64,000 nucleotides of DNA. It comes from Octopus sinensis. Taxonomy: Eukaryota. The translations under genes were made by a program, and so were the position numbers. The notes beneath the pieces were generated by a model. The model had not been told where the DNA came from, did not search any database, and worked only from the letters and a program-made list of their open reading frames with translations. The stretch covers positions 42,532,001-42,596,000 of the forward strand of contig NC_043007.1 of the NCBI RefSeq assembly GCF_006345805.1, written 5' to 3'. The number at the start of each line of letters is the position of its first letter. The first letter of the stretch is position 1. Below are positions 1 through 13,655 of this stretch, piece by piece.

Positions 1-448
1 TCGTATATACATTAATACACACACACATATAAATTGAATAAAATAAGTAGGCAATCGACAGTACTGACAATGCTAAATTCAATTATATTTGATTGATGCA
101 AAGAAGTTAAAAAAATTCAGTGACATAAATGTCTCCACAAATGGTGTGTGTGTGTGTGTGTTTATAACTGAATAAATGAAACAGACATCTGACAATACTC
201 TGAATTAAATTTGATATTGATTGATACCGGGAAGTTAAAAATTAAATTACATATAAATGAAATACCATCTTACACACATATAAAAAAATAATCTAATAAT
301 TCGCTATTTGGGCAGATCTTATAACAACAAACATATAGTCACACATTTTTGCTTTTGCACACTCCAAAAACAAGAAAATAAATGAATAAAATAAAATAAT
401 ATTTTTGAAATTCTTTAGAAATTGAACAATGACAGCAAAAGAACTAAC

Positions 449-529
449 CTCCAGTTTTTGATATCGTAGTTTCAGGAGAGTCTTTCACCACAAGGAAGTC
501 CAAGTCCAAAGTATTTGCCGATGCTGCCG
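449..529 (-). CDS. AFTPH: Aftiphilin coding exon (81 nt, phase 1 to 1): (S)AASANTLDLDFLVVKDSPETTISKTG
   Basis: Acceptor ttttttatctccgtaacttttcag, donor GAG|gttagt. In frame with exon 14721-14784 and corresponds to the recalled vertebrate ASGGSTLLNLDFFGPVDD exon. Confidence 0.85.
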
Positions 530-620
530 CTGAAAAGTTACGGAGATAAAAAAAAGGGACCAATATACTGACGTTAAGGAAAGAAGATTACAAATCAAAG
601 ATTGAAAATTATTGGACAAA

Positions 621-1015
621 CTATCTTTTTATCTTTTATCTTTTTACCTGTTTCAGGCATTAGACTGTGGCCATACTGGGGCACTGCTTTGAATTTTTAG
701 TCGAATGAATCAACTCCAGTACTTATTTTTAAGCCTGGTACTTATTCTATTGGTCTCTTTTGTCAAACTGCTAAGTTATGGTGATCTAAATACACCAACA
801 CCAGTTGTTAAGTGGTAGTGGGGGATAAACACAGACACACACACATATATATGCAATGGGCTTCTTTCAGTTTCTGTCGATCAAATCCACTCACAAAGCT
901 TTGGTCGGCCCAAGGCTATAGTAGAAGATACTTGCCCAAGGTGCCATGCAATGGGACTGAACCCAGAACCATGTGGTTGGGAAACAAGCTTCTCACTTCA
1001 CACCCACTCCTGTGC
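621..1015 (-). mobile_element. tRNA-derived SINE, CORE-like family (family A)
   Basis: Minus strand: head with B-box-like gggttcagtccc, CORE-like ggcaccttgggcaagt, tail gtgccccagtatggccacagtc-(aaaaga)n. Many sister copies in the window. Confidence 0.85.
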
Positions 1016-1027
1016 TTATATATAATA

Positions 1028-1420
1028 TTAGCTTCAAATTTTGGGGGTGGGGGAGAGGGTTAGTCGATTACATCAACCCCAGTACTTATTTTATTAATCC
1101 TGAAAGGAGTAAAGGAAAAGTTGACCTCAAAACGTACAGAGTTGGAAGAAATACTGCAAAACTTTATCTGACATGCAAATGGTTCTGCCAGGTAGCCACC
1201 TTAGCAAAAAAAAAAAAAAATAATGTATTAAGTTAGACATGGCCTAGGCTTATACTGGCCAAAAACTATCAAAGTTATTAAATAGTCAAAAAGTCAGTGT
1301 CATCAATATTATTATTAAAATGGCTAGCTGACAGAATCATTAGTATATCAAACAAAATGCTTTGTGGCATTTCTTCTGTCTTTACATCCTGATTTCAGAT
1401 TCTGCCAAAAGCAACTTTAA
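1028..1420. mobile_element. Two degraded tRNA-derived SINEs of family B (Meta/MESC-like domain), opposite orientations
   Basis: Contain the gattacatcaaccccagtact...gaaagg..aaaggaaaagttgacctc block shared with copies at 12860-14310, 17100-17348 and 27450-27880. Confidence 0.65.
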
Positions 1421-1726
1421 GCCAAGGGCACCCCTTTTTTTGGAGGGGGGGGGGGCACAATAAAATAAAATGCCAATCAAGTACCGGAGATTGTTGTAAT
1501 TGACTTAAAAGAAATAATTTCTTTTACTTGTCACATGAACAACAAATGAAGGATATATAACAAAAATAAATTACAGAAAGTGGGAAAGGGGTTATGTAGA
1601 ATGAAAAAGAGAAATTAAACAAGAATTTTTTTATAGAAAATTTATTATTGATGAAAGATTTTTAGATGATTACAATTAATCTTAAAAGTCGATATTTACT
1701 CATGTATATTTTATCATTATTATTAT

Positions 1727-1832
1727 TACTATTATTATTATTATTACAATTATTATTATTATTATTATTACTATTATTATTACTATTATTAATATTATTA
1801 TTACTATTACTATTATTATTATTATTATTATT
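1727..1832. repeat. (ATT/ACT)n microsatellite
   Basis: Seen directly; explains the poly-Leu ORF 1666-1872. Confidence 0.95.
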
Positions 1833-2089
1833 AAGTCACACAAAGACTTGTAGAGAAATTAGCACACATTAAAGGTTAGGGGAAAAAAGAAAAAGAAAAA
1901 TGAAATAACTTTTTAAATTCTAACTTTTTTTTTCTTTTTTGCATTTAAAAATTTATTATTTGTTACAAGGATAACAAGTGAAGAAGAAATTACACAGACA
2001 TTAAACACAAACAGGGGGAGAAATGCAGAATTTATTAAGAAAAAATATATGTGGCAAACAAAAGTTTACAAAAAGCACAAAATAAGATG

Positions 2090-2370
2090 TCGTAAAAGTG
2101 GGGAGAGCCACCTAAAGTTAATGAAGGGTCCTCTATAAATCATGGATTACTCTAACTCCCCAAGCTGTTTTCAGCCAACATGCTGAAAGTAAGCATTTCT
2201 ACAGAGGTTATTCTTACTATTCCCACTCACCTTTCAGTAGATTCCCTGTAGAACACTTCACTTTACACTCTCACCTTACTCTCCAGATAGAATTTGGAGA
2301 AGCTGATAAGAGCTTAACCAAAGAGAAAAGTGTCTATTTTCAGACCTTTCAATTTCCATACTTACAATAT
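2090..2370 (-). mobile_element. Degraded 3' end of an L1/Tx1-like LINE ORF2
   Basis: Minus-strand translation VWKLKGLKIDTFLFG*ALISFSKFYLESKVRV*...ER*VGIVR with stops, resembling Tx1-clade C-termini from recall. Confidence 0.45.
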
Positions 2371-2938
2371 CTTATGTTGAAACAAAGCTGTACATTCATA
2401 GGGTAGATGAACAGTCAATGAATCAAGCTTGTATATGACTCATAGTGATGAAAGGTAGAATTGTTCTTGACAAGATTTTAACTCAGAATATTGCTAAACG
2501 AAACTAGATACTGTCAGGAATGTAGTTTGCTACTCAACTATTTCATTCAATTCACTACCCTAATAATACCTGACAGTTATTTTGAGAAGTTTAAGAGTGT
2601 TGGAAGTTTACAGGATTCTATTAAATACATAATTTCTTTTGAAATTGTATATTTTCTGAGGCATTTGGTTCTTAAGAGATATAAAATTCATATATGTTTT
2701 ACTGAACGCACAGTCTCAATACCCTTGTAAATTATATCCTTTGTTATATATTTACCACTTCTTCTACCTTCAGAGTTGGTTTAGACTTGGTAACTTACTG
2801 GTAAAGCACAGTCACGTTCACAGTGTTCATTATGTATATGGTAAATGAAAGTATCCCACTTGTGAGGGACTGATGCTAGATATGTTGAAACAATTGTAGT
2901 AATTAATAAAAATTATTGTATCTTCCATCTTTCATTTA

Positions 2939-2997
<59 letters not shown>

Positions 2998-2999
2998 CA

Positions 3000-4040
3000 G
3001 CTTTCTAGATGTTACAAAAATCTATTGTATACAAAATTCAGATGGAATCAGAAGGCTCTGGCAAGAATGTTTCAACTAATCTATCAAAGAGAGAAAAAAC
3101 ATTCTAAACATCTGGACCACTATAAGAACATTACAATTCATCCAACAGGTTCAAAACATTACCAATGATGATCCCAGAAAATTTATGAGAGCCATCATCC
3201 AAGATCTTTAGGCGTCATAATGGACTATCAGAACTGTGGAGTATGAGGACAGTCAATGCTGTGTACTGAGGGGAAGCCAATTCATGTCTTCAAAGACACA
3301 GAAAAACTGTTTGATCAATGCCAAGCCATTGTTTAACAAGGTTTAAAACCCTCACAAACATGGCATGCTTTGGTTCTTCTCTGCTAGGTAAAACTTCGAC
3401 CAAGGCCAAAAATCTAGCAGAAGAAATGACAGATGGCTATGTGTAGATCCTTCTGATGTTCATAAAGTGATGTACACTAAGTTTCCAACAACTGTGAAGG
3501 TTTTAGAAGTGATGAGTAATGTGAAGGTCATGTCATGCCATCTCACATCTTTCCACAAGCTCTTAGAATTAATGCTGCTAGATACGGCAAAGTGCTAGTT
3601 AAGGCCTGAATGGGTAAAATACAGTGGCAGACCATATGTGTTTCAATGAGACTCACCACCTTCTGACAAAGCTGATGCAGCTCAAGAATGGATGTCTTCA
3701 TGATCATGTAATACCAAACTTGTATCCTCTAAACTCACTAGATTCAAATCCCATTAACTTACTATACATGAAGCATTGTTGAAAGAGTGACTAATCAATG
3801 ATCCTACAACATCATAGTTATGCTAAATGCCACCATAGTCAGGTGATGTCTGAAATGAATACGGACCATTTAGTACAAGCTTGCCAATGAATCTGGTCCT
3901 GCATTGAAGCAATCATCAAACCAGAAGCTAGATTCATAGAATAATCTTATAAGAAAGCTTATCGAGAACATGTAAACAAATATATTTGGTCTTTATCAGA
4001 TTAGAGTTGTTTTATTAAATTCCAAGTATGTCCTCAAATA
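3000..4040 (+). mobile_element. Degraded Tc1/mariner transposase relic, DD37D (maT)-like
   Basis: Recognisable frameshifted motifs KFPTTV.VL.V.SN.GHVMP, RPYVFQ*DS and a decayed WPPNSPDLNPLDY-like segment. Left end abuts (TA)n 2940-2994; TIRs not recognisable, so catalytic spacing could not be counted. Confidence 0.65.
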
Positions 4041-4066
4041 CTTCTTGTAACCTGATGATATATATA

Positions 4067-4621
4067 TCATCATCATCATCATCATCATCATTTAATGCCC
4101 ATCTTCCATGCATGCATGGGTAGGATAGCTGGCAGGAGCTGGCCAAGTAGAAAAACTACCCTTGGCTACTTTGTATGTTTTGGCAGGGATTTTATGGCTG
4201 GATGCCCTTCCTAAAACCAACCACCCTGCAGAGTGGACTCATTGCTTTTACATGGCACTAGCACAGGTGAAGTTAGTTTTGGCATGATTTTTACAGCTGG
4301 ATGCTCTTCCAAATGCCAACCACATTACAGTGTGGACTGGATGCTTTTCATGTGGCACCAGTACTGGCAGGATAACCAAGTAACACACAAGGTAAGGAAT
4401 TTTGAGAGGGGTAAAGCATTTGATGAGGGGAACTTGTGTCAGATGATGAAAAGTTGGAGTGTGATAAAGTGACAGAGAGACAGAAGCAGGTGTCTTGCCA
4501 CAACAGAGGGAGCATTAGACTAGGTGATCCAGTATCAAATGATGAAAGGTTAGAGTGTAACAGGGAAATAGAGAGGCAGAAATAGGTGTCTTGCTATAGA
4601 GGAGGTACATAGTTACCCAAT

Positions 4622-4654
<33 letters not shown>

Positions 4655-7600
4655 TGTGAGAGAGAGGAACAAGAAAGAGGCCAAAAATAAGTGTGCTGAT
4701 GTAAAGGTGATACTTGGTTACCTAGTCAGAGGAAAAACAAGAGAAGGAGAGAGTAAGAAACAGTAAAAGTGTAAGAGAGAGCAGAAGAGAGATGGTGTAA
4801 TGCTAGGATATACTCACAAGTAACAAGAATATGAGTGTAGAACCTAGTTAGAAAAATAAGACGCGAGTGTGGGTGTTGGGGGTGTGGGGAGTAGCAATAC
4901 AGAAAGCAGGGCAAGAAAGGGGATTGGAAAACAATCATAATTTATGAAGAGGAAATGTGAGGAAGAGAAAGATGCAATTAGAAGAGGAGTTGTAGTTCAA
5001 TTTCATAAGATAAAGTGGGTGAAAAGTGTGTTGTTACATGTGGGTGGGACACAACTCTCTTAGCACTCAGTTTCATGGATGGGTCTTCTCTAGGATCTCA
5101 TATCGCCAAACATCTCAGTCCACTGTAACTTCCTCCATGAGCCCAAACATCCTAAAAGCAGTCCTCACCACTTCATCCCTTATCTTCCTGGGTCACCCTC
5201 TTCCACAGATACCATCCTTTTCAACAACAGGCACATCTGTATACAGTGTCTTCACTCATATGCATTCACATATCCAAACCAATGCAGTCACCTCTCCTAT
5301 ATACCACATTTAATTCCTCTTATGCCTAACTTTTCTCTCAACACAGTTATGCTTTGTCAGTCATGCTTACTGATGTTGCAAATCCAACACAGCATACTAC
5401 CTTCATTCCGCTCCAGTCTACATTTGTCCTCTGTAGTCAGAGCCCACATAATGTAGTTATTTTCACACAAACATCATACAATCTACCTTTCACTCTAAGA
5501 GAAAGTCCTTTTGCTGCCAACAGAGGTAGTAGTTCTCTGAATTTCCTCCACCCTATTTGTATTCTAGAAACAATATTTTCAGAGTATCCACCACCATTAC
5601 TAATTTGGTCGCCTAAATAGCAGAAATTATCTACTACCTCAAGAGAGCCTCCTGGGCATTTGAGGGAGTTTAAGTCCCTTGTGCTCTTAGTGCCTTCTGT
5701 TCCTGCACATCTACCACACACGAAAGTGACCTTATCTGATAACCTTCCCACAATTCCACTGCATCTCTTATGCAGCCATAGTTTACATTTGATACAGCGA
5801 ATGGAATTACATCCCACCCCTTGCCTACATATTGAACAGGGACATTTGCAAGCCAGAATGATAGTCTTATTTCCTTTCTCACTAACATCAACTTTAGTCT
5901 TAGCTATGTTAACTTTGAGGCCCTTTGATTCCAGGTTTTGCTTCCAAACCTGGAACTTCCTCTCCAATTCTGCTTCAGATTCTGCAATAAGAGCAAGATC
6001 ATCAGCATATAGTAGTTCCCATGGGCATCCAGTTTTGAATTCACCTGTTATAGCCTGAAAAACCATGATAAATAAGAGTGGACTAAGAACTGATCCCTGG
6101 TGTACTCTAACTTGTACATTAAATTCATCATTGTATTCAAGGCCAACTCACATCTTACTAACAACATTTGTGTACATGGCTTGAACTGCACTAACAAACC
6201 ACTCCTCTACTCCTAGCTTCCCTACAGACCACCAAATAAGAGAGCAATGAACCCTGTCGAAAGCTTCCTCCAGGTTGATGAAGACTAAGTACAATGGCTT
6301 ACTTTTGGCCAAATACTTTTCTTACAACTATCTCACTATGAAGACAACATCTGTGGTACTTCTCCCAAGATCAAAACCAAACTGCATCTCATCTAGTTTA
6401 ATTCTATCCCTAATTAGTTGAGATATAACTCTCTCTGTATCTTTCATGACATGGTAAAGTAGTCTGATACCTCTGTAGTTGTTTCTATCTAAGGCACCAC
6501 CTTTACCCATGTAGCAGCTGACTATAATACTGCTACACCAGTCTTTGGGGATGATGCCTTCTTGAATAACCTGATTAACTATGCAAGTGACTGGACTGTA
6601 TCCCACACTGCCTGATATTTTAATCATCTCAGCAGTGATACCTGATGGTCCTGGGGCTTTCTCAGTCTTCATTTTCTTAATTGCCTTATCTATTATACTG
6701 CTATCCACTCTGATGGCTGGTCCTTCAACTGGTTCAATATTTGAAAGACACTCCTCCCAATCATTCTCCACGTTTAACAATCTGTCATAATGGCATCCCC
6801 ACACATCTTTCTTCTCTGAGTCACTAAGTGTAAGCTTACCTTTATCCATTCGCACACATTTCTCACCTACCACATCTCTATTTTCTCTGATACACTGCTT
6901 TGCAATCCTGAACACCTCATGCCTCTGATCCTCACACTGCATAACATTGGTGAACTTCTTACCTTCTGCTATTTTTTTAGCTATGTAAACCTGTTGCCTA
7001 GCCTCCCTTCTAGCTCCACCACCAAGTCACCCACAACTTGGTTGGGACTTGGCACCAACCACAGATTTGGTCAGCAGCACCCAGTAAATTGTCCCTCAAC
7101 AACTTCCAGTTGTCCTCTAAGCTATATATCCCTTCCTCCTCCTCTTCCTCTCTATCACCAGAGGCCTCCAATAGAATGTCTCTAAATTTGTGTTGGTTTG
7201 TGGGGTCTTTGAACTTCCATAATCTTCTTTTCCAATGTGGTTTATGTCTTTGAGTCTTTGTAGCCCCAATTCTGAAGTCACTACCTAGTAGCCTATGTTA
7301 GGGTGTACAATCTTCACTTGAGAAAGACTTCGCATTTGTGAACATCTGCCTATCTCCTTGCCTGGTGAGAAGGTAATCAACCTGGCTTATATTCCACCAG
7401 ACTGATAAGTAATTAGGTGGCTAGTTGGCTTTCTAAAGTTAGTGTTGCAAATCATAAGATTATTTGCATTACAGAACTCAAGTAGCCGTGTACTTTCCTC
7501 ATTCCTGGTGCCAAAGCCATAAGCACCATGAACACAATGGAATCCATGGGAATGCAGCCCAACATGTCCATTAAAGTTGCCAGCCACAATAATGAAGTCT

Positions 7601-8095
7601 CTGTCATTTGTCATTGAGGTAGTCTGCAAAAGAACCTCATAGAATTGGTCCTTCTGATTATCAGCCAGCTCAGCCTGTGGAGCATAGGCAAAGATAAACG
7701 TAATTGTTAATATATTCATGTCTCAACTTCATAACCCTATTGCACACTCTGACTACTTCAACTACATTATCTACCCACTTTTCCACTAAGAGTATGCCTA
7801 CACCACCCACTCCGCCACTTCTGCCTACCCAGAAGAATTAAAACCTCTGCTTCTTACCCATGAAGAATCTAGCAGAAGCTCCTTTCCATCTCACTTCTTG
7901 CACACCACACACATTGACATGATGGCGCTCCAACATTTTGACAATCTCAACAGATCTTTCCTTCATTGTGCCAACATTGATGTTTGCAGCCCTAAAATTG
8001 TATACTTGGGAGAGACAACAGGAAGGTCATTGCTGAGGGGCTTTTGTTTGTGTTTGAAAAGATCTGAGTAAACGTTTGCCAAGTAGTGTAGTGTA
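4067..8095 (-). mobile_element. Near full-length, decayed RTE-clade LINE (APE endonuclease + reverse transcriptase)
   Basis: APE motifs in ORF 7387-7719 (IIVAGNFNGHVG, GFGTRNEE, NNLMICNT). RT motifs in ORFs 6328-6942 (KAPGPSGI, NYRGI.LL, QFGF..GRSTTD) and 5437-6066 (LLYADDL, GLKVNIAKTK, FCYLG). 3' tail with (GAT)n at 4067-4100. Multiple stops and frameshifts. Confidence 0.92.
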
Positions 8096-8209
8096 CATCA
8101 TGAATTTGATTCAATGAAGTATAATTTTTCTCTCCCTACTATACAGCATCCAGATTAAGGACCAGTACAGATTGTGGGATGAGGAGGGCATGAAGTAACC
8201 TTGTATGTC

Positions 8210-8590
8210 TTGCCTGCCAACTGGCTCCTGTGCCAGTGACATGTAAAAAGCACCATCCAAACATGGTCGATGCCAGCGCCATCTGACTGGCTCCCATGCC
8301 AGTGGCACGTAAAAAGCACCATCCAAACATGGTCAATACCAGTCCCCCTTCGACTGGTTCCTGTGCCAGTGGCATGTAAAAAGCACCATCTGAACATGGT
8401 CAATGCCAGTGCTGCCTGACTGGCTCCCATGCCAGTGGCACATAAAAAGCACCCACTACATTCTCCAGCTGTAGAAACCTCGCCAGATCAGTTTGGAGCC
8501 TGGTGTAGCTTACTGGCTTGCCATCCCCCAGTCAAACCATCCAACCCATGCCAGTATGGAAAATGGACGGTATATGATGATGATAATATA
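8210..8590 (+). mobile_element. RTE 3'-UTR-derived short element (tandem ~60-bp units plus aacccatgccag..ggaaaatggacg-(gat)n tail)
   Basis: Repeated ctggctcc.tgccagtggca.gtaaaaagcacc units. Flanked by accttgtatgt / accttgcatgt, a candidate 11-bp TSD. Confidence 0.7.
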
Positions 8591-9080
8591 CCTTGCATGT
8601 ATTCAATCCAATGAAGTACAATTTACTGGCTCCTATACAGCATCCAGATTAAGACCCAGTAGATAGAGGGGGTAAGAAGGGCATGAAAGTAGTCATGTAT
8701 GTCCATTTATACAAACCCAGTATGTATGTATGTATGCATGTATACCTTTCATCTTTTACTTGTTTCCTGTCACATTTATATATATATATATTTGTGTGTA
8801 TGTGTGTGCGCGTACATGTAAGTACCCTTGTCTTGACATTATGTGATAATTGTAATGAGTATTACCATCATACAAGTGATATTGTTCAATTCCCTTCTTC
8901 TGTGAAAAATGAATACCTACAGCAAAATATTACTTTGCTTGGAAACAGTTCAGGGTTGGTTACAGGAAAGTTGTCTGGCCATAGAAAGTTTGCTTTAACA
9001 AATTCCGAATGGCCCATACATGCATGAGAAAGTGGTCATTAAATGATGTTGATGATATATATATATATATATATATATAT

Positions 9081-9519
9081 TTCGTTTTTGGATTTGGTTT
9101 GCAAGATTCTTTATATGAGTTCGTGTGTTGAAGCATATTCTGTTGTGTCTGGGGAGAGTCATTTTCTTTCAGACACAACAGAATATATATATATATATAA
9201 ATTAGAAAAAAAACACCTTTTATCAATTCAATAATGAAAAATTAAATTATACCATCTAGAAAATTACAATTACCAAATATGTTTGGTAATATGTTTTATT
9301 TATTATTTTGCACATTACTTAATCATTATTATATATTTTATCTTATATTTAATCTTTCTATAATATGTAATTTTCTAGATGGTATAATTTAATTTTTCAT
9401 TATTGAATTGATAAAAGGTGGGTTTTTTCAAATTTATATATATATATTATATTTTGTGAAATTTGATTTAGTATTTCTAAATTGAATTTTTCCCTGTAAG
9501 TTTGGAATGATATTCCCTC

Positions 9520-9520
<1 letters not shown>
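9081..9520. repeat. Inverted-repeat element inserted in (TA)n: perfect 55-bp arms 9214-9268 / 9366-9420 plus a 17-bp hairpin 9135-9151 / 9170-9186
   Basis: Arms checked base by base as reverse complements. Confidence 0.85.
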
Positions 9521-9576
<56 letters not shown>

Positions 9577-9997
9577 CACACATATACATATTTGGTCAGC
9601 CCAGGGCTATAACAGAAGGCATTTTCCCAATATGCCACACTGCTGGAGTGAACCCATGGTTGGAATCAAGCTTCTTAACCATTCAACCAGGTCTGGACAT
9701 TAAAAGATGATGATGATGATGATGATGATATGTCTGTGGGAAGATTTGGAATGTGATGGTGAAATATGATCACAAGATGTTATGTCTGATAAATGAAATT
9801 AGAGAGAGCTGTAGCAACTAGTAATATGTGGTTCTGTAAAAGACCTGACCTCCCACATAAGCTTTCCAAAATACTTGTTGAAACAGTGGGATGGTGCGCA
9901 TGCACATTTTCTATTGTATTGTGTTCACATTACACACTAATTATTGCCACACCCACTATATCAATTCAATATCTGTCATTCCATCTACTCACAAAAC

Positions 9998-10292
9998 CAG
10001 TCGTTCTCAAATGGGGTCCATATATTATATGGACCCCATTTTTTGCTGTTAAAATTTGTGCAATAAGTTGCTTATATAAGTTGGTTTTAGCTGTCAAAAT
10101 TTGTGCAATAAGTTGGTTATATACTTCTACAATACACAAAATATTTTTAACAATTTTTCATACAATTCCTAGTAATCTTTAATTATAAAAATATAATATG
10201 ACTTTTTTTTAAACATTGAATGGCTATGAAGATCCACCCAAGTAAAAGAGGAATCGAAGGGGTCCATAGTTGAAAATGGTTGGGAACCACTG
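9998..10292. mobile_element. hAT-type MITE (295 bp)
   Basis: TIRs cagtcgttctcaa / ttgggaaccactg. 8-bp flanks cacaaaac / caccaaac (7 of 8 match), the hAT TSD length. Internal ~40-bp tandem duplication. Confidence 0.8.
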
Positions 10293-11632
10293 CACCAAAC
10301 CATGTAACTCATAATTGTCAGGAAAGCACTCAATTTGTGCTGACTAAATAACTTCATCTCCTATATCTTCACCATCAATATCCTGCTGCCCCTCTCTCCT
10401 CTGTCTGTCCAATTAATTTTGCTTGTGTAGGAGGGGATTGCACTCTGGCAGCTTTTACTCGCCTTCCCTGATCCTCCTTTCATCATACTCTCTTGAACAT
10501 GTTACCTTGAGAATATGCTCTGACTCCTCTTCATCTCTCTCTTCCATGCACCACTGTACCTACCCTTACATAACATAGGGTAACACTGCATCTTCTGCTC
10601 AGTCCACCATATCATTTATGTCAATCTTTGACTCTCCCTCTCATTAATCCTCTAACAATTTTCATTTTTCTGCCTATTACCCCATCTGTTCCGGAGCTTA
10701 CTTCTCTGTATACTTATGTAAGTGTCTATCTATGTGTGTGTATATATGCAAGTGTGTATGTATCCATATGCATGTGTATATATATATCCTTTAATAAATT
10801 CAATTATCACCTATCAATATTTTATTGTCCATTCCATAAAACTGACCTCAATGCAAAAGACTTCCCAAATCTTGACCACCCATTTAACATGAGGCTTGCT
10901 GCAGCCTTCTTGAAAATTTGAAAATTGTTTGCTGCTCAAACACCAGAGTATGAAAAAAAAAGTTTTAAGAATCTTTCAGTGGCTTATGATTTTGAAAATA
11001 GGCCAGAAAAAAAGGAAAATGCTTTTAGAAAAAGAACAAAAGTAGGTAACTTTTGAGTTTCTATGTCATTCATGTGGTTAATTTTGTTAGTAGATTGTGT
11101 TGGTGAAGATATGCCACTAAGTAAAAAATAAATATTATTATTTAAATAAAGGTGTGTGTGTGTGTGCATGCACCATAGAGTTAGACAGTCCTTTCTAAAA
11201 ACAAAACAGGAAAATTGAAAGTCACTTAGGAAGAGGCAAAAATTAACAGATATTAAGACAAAATAAATGGTGTATGGAGTGAAAAGGTAATATTCCTAAG
11301 TGAGATAGAGTTCATACTGAGGCCACTAAAACTATGATTAGCATACTGAAAAACAGAGAATATTTACAACTAAAAGAAACTTTTAAATACTAAGTAATTT
11401 CTTTGTGCACATCTCACTGACTTGCTTAGTGTCATATCCTCGGACATTACAGTTTGACTAGACCTAAGATACAGAGAGATTTAACTCTTAGCACTTGAGA
11501 TAAGAACTTGATAAGAACTACATGATGTAAGACCCAAACCATAAGAGGAGTGATTCCTTCTCATATTTTAAGTTGTCAATCCACAACTTGGATTGAAATG
11601 ACAAAATAGTGACCATGTGTATTAAGCCTTAA

Positions 11633-11846
11633 CCCTTTTAATACCAACCCACCTGAGATTGCTCCTGATTCTATAACAAACTTTCTATTTTAAAGTTGTC
11701 TAAATTAAAACTTGCCATCAGAACTTCATGTTACGTTCCAAACACCAGCTTAATAGTAATGATAATGCTACTAAATTCTTCATTGTTTTCAACATTAATT
11801 GAAACCAATGCAGTGGATTTCAACAGAAATGTAATAACAAAATGGG
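11633..11846. mobile_element. Possible decayed piggyBac-like MITE
   Basis: Starts ttaa|ccctttt and ends aaaatggg|taaa; TIRs degenerate. Confidence 0.35.
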
Positions 11847-12859
11847 TAAATCTTATAACAATGACCTCATATTTTAAGCTATAAATCTTAAAATGGTAAC
11901 CACATTTTAAGTCTGAAGCTTCTGAACATGTTTCATTATGTGAATATGAAAAGAAATAAATGCAAATATCATACATGAGTCTTTAGTATTTTTACTAAAG
12001 GAGATATAACTACTCAAAATTTCATTATGTTTAATATGGAAAGCATACCAATCTATCATTTTTGAAGAATATCATGCTTGAAACTATTTTTTGAGGTTTC
12101 TTCTACAGAGTCCATCAAATCCAATCTTCACATGCATAGGTAGGCAAGCCTTTATATGCTAATTAACTCACAGCTAGTACCCTGGCAGTTGCTACTACTT
12201 TGGGTCAGAGTAGATCTGAGAACAATAGTGGGTAATAGGTGGTTCCACACTCCTCAAAACACTGGAACTCTTGAACCAGGGCCCCACTACTGGATGCAGC
12301 TTAAAGTCACACCCAGAGCATACTACCCAAAATATATTGTAAAACACAGTGGACTTGAATTCAAAATATTTTAATACTCTTTTTATTTAGAACTTGTACC
12401 AAATCTGCATGGCAGTTCATTTTTATGTATAAATTCCAAAGGGATGGAAGTTTTAAAAGTTACCCAAGGAACTGGATAAGTACTGTGAACAGCCATAATA
12501 ACATGAAGATCAAAGACACATTGTATGACATAGTCATGGATAAGTCCCACCCCCGCCACCAACAAAAAAAAAGAGAAAGAAAAAACTGGTCAATACAGAA
12601 ATATTTTTCATTACAAGTCTGTTCAATGAGATGGGGCTAAACAACAACAATAACAACACAAGAACAAAGCCAACAATACCAACAACAATAACCAAAGGTC
12701 AACAAATTGTAAAAGATTAAGTGAAAGACAATTTGAAACAAAGACTCAAACTGCAACAACAACACCAACACCAATAATGATGGAGAAAAACAGAAAACTG
12801 AAGGAAAAAATTATAGATTGAAAGAAGAAACAACAACAACAACACAATAATAATAATAA

Positions 12860-13591
12860 TAATATTCCTTTCTACTAAAAGCACAAGAACTGAAATTTGG
12901 GGGTGGAGGAACAGATCAATTACATCAACCCCAGTACTTGACGGGTATTTAATTTATCGACTCTGAAACGATGAAAGGCAAAGTCGACCTTGGCAGAATT
13001 TGAATTCAAAACATAAAGACAGGTGGAATGCCACTAAGAATTCTGTCTGGCACAGTAATGGTTCTGCCAGCTCACAACCTTAATAGTGATAGTAATTGTA
13101 CTACTACTAATAATAATAATATTGGTTTTAATCTTTGGCACAAAGCCAACAACTTTGGGCGAGGGGTAAGTTGATAACATCAATCCCAGTGTTCAACTTG
13201 TACATATTTTATTGACTCCAAAGGGATAAAAGGCAAAGTCTACCTTGGTGGAATTTGAATTCAAATCATAAAGACAAATTGCATAAAGTCTACCTCAGCT
13301 AAATTTGAACTCAGATCATAATGATGGGCTGTTAAGCATTTCGTTCGGTGTGCTAATGATTCTGTGCACTCGCTGCCTTAATAATCCTACTATAGGCACA
13401 AGGACTGGAATTTTCATGAGGAGAAGGGACTGGTCAATTACACTGACCCCAGTGCTTAACTGGTACTTATTTCATTGGCTCTGAAAAAATGAAAGGCAAA
13501 GTCAACCTCAGTGAAACTTGAACTCAAAATGTAGAGAGCAGGAAGAATGTGTTAATGATTCTGCTAGTTTGCTGCCATAACAACAACAACG

Positions 13592-13655
<64 letters not shown>

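Noticed and set aside
12040-12135. LDLMDSVEE peptide resembling the LNLDF exon
   Set aside because: Wrong phase and an in-frame stop; the true exon is at 449-529.
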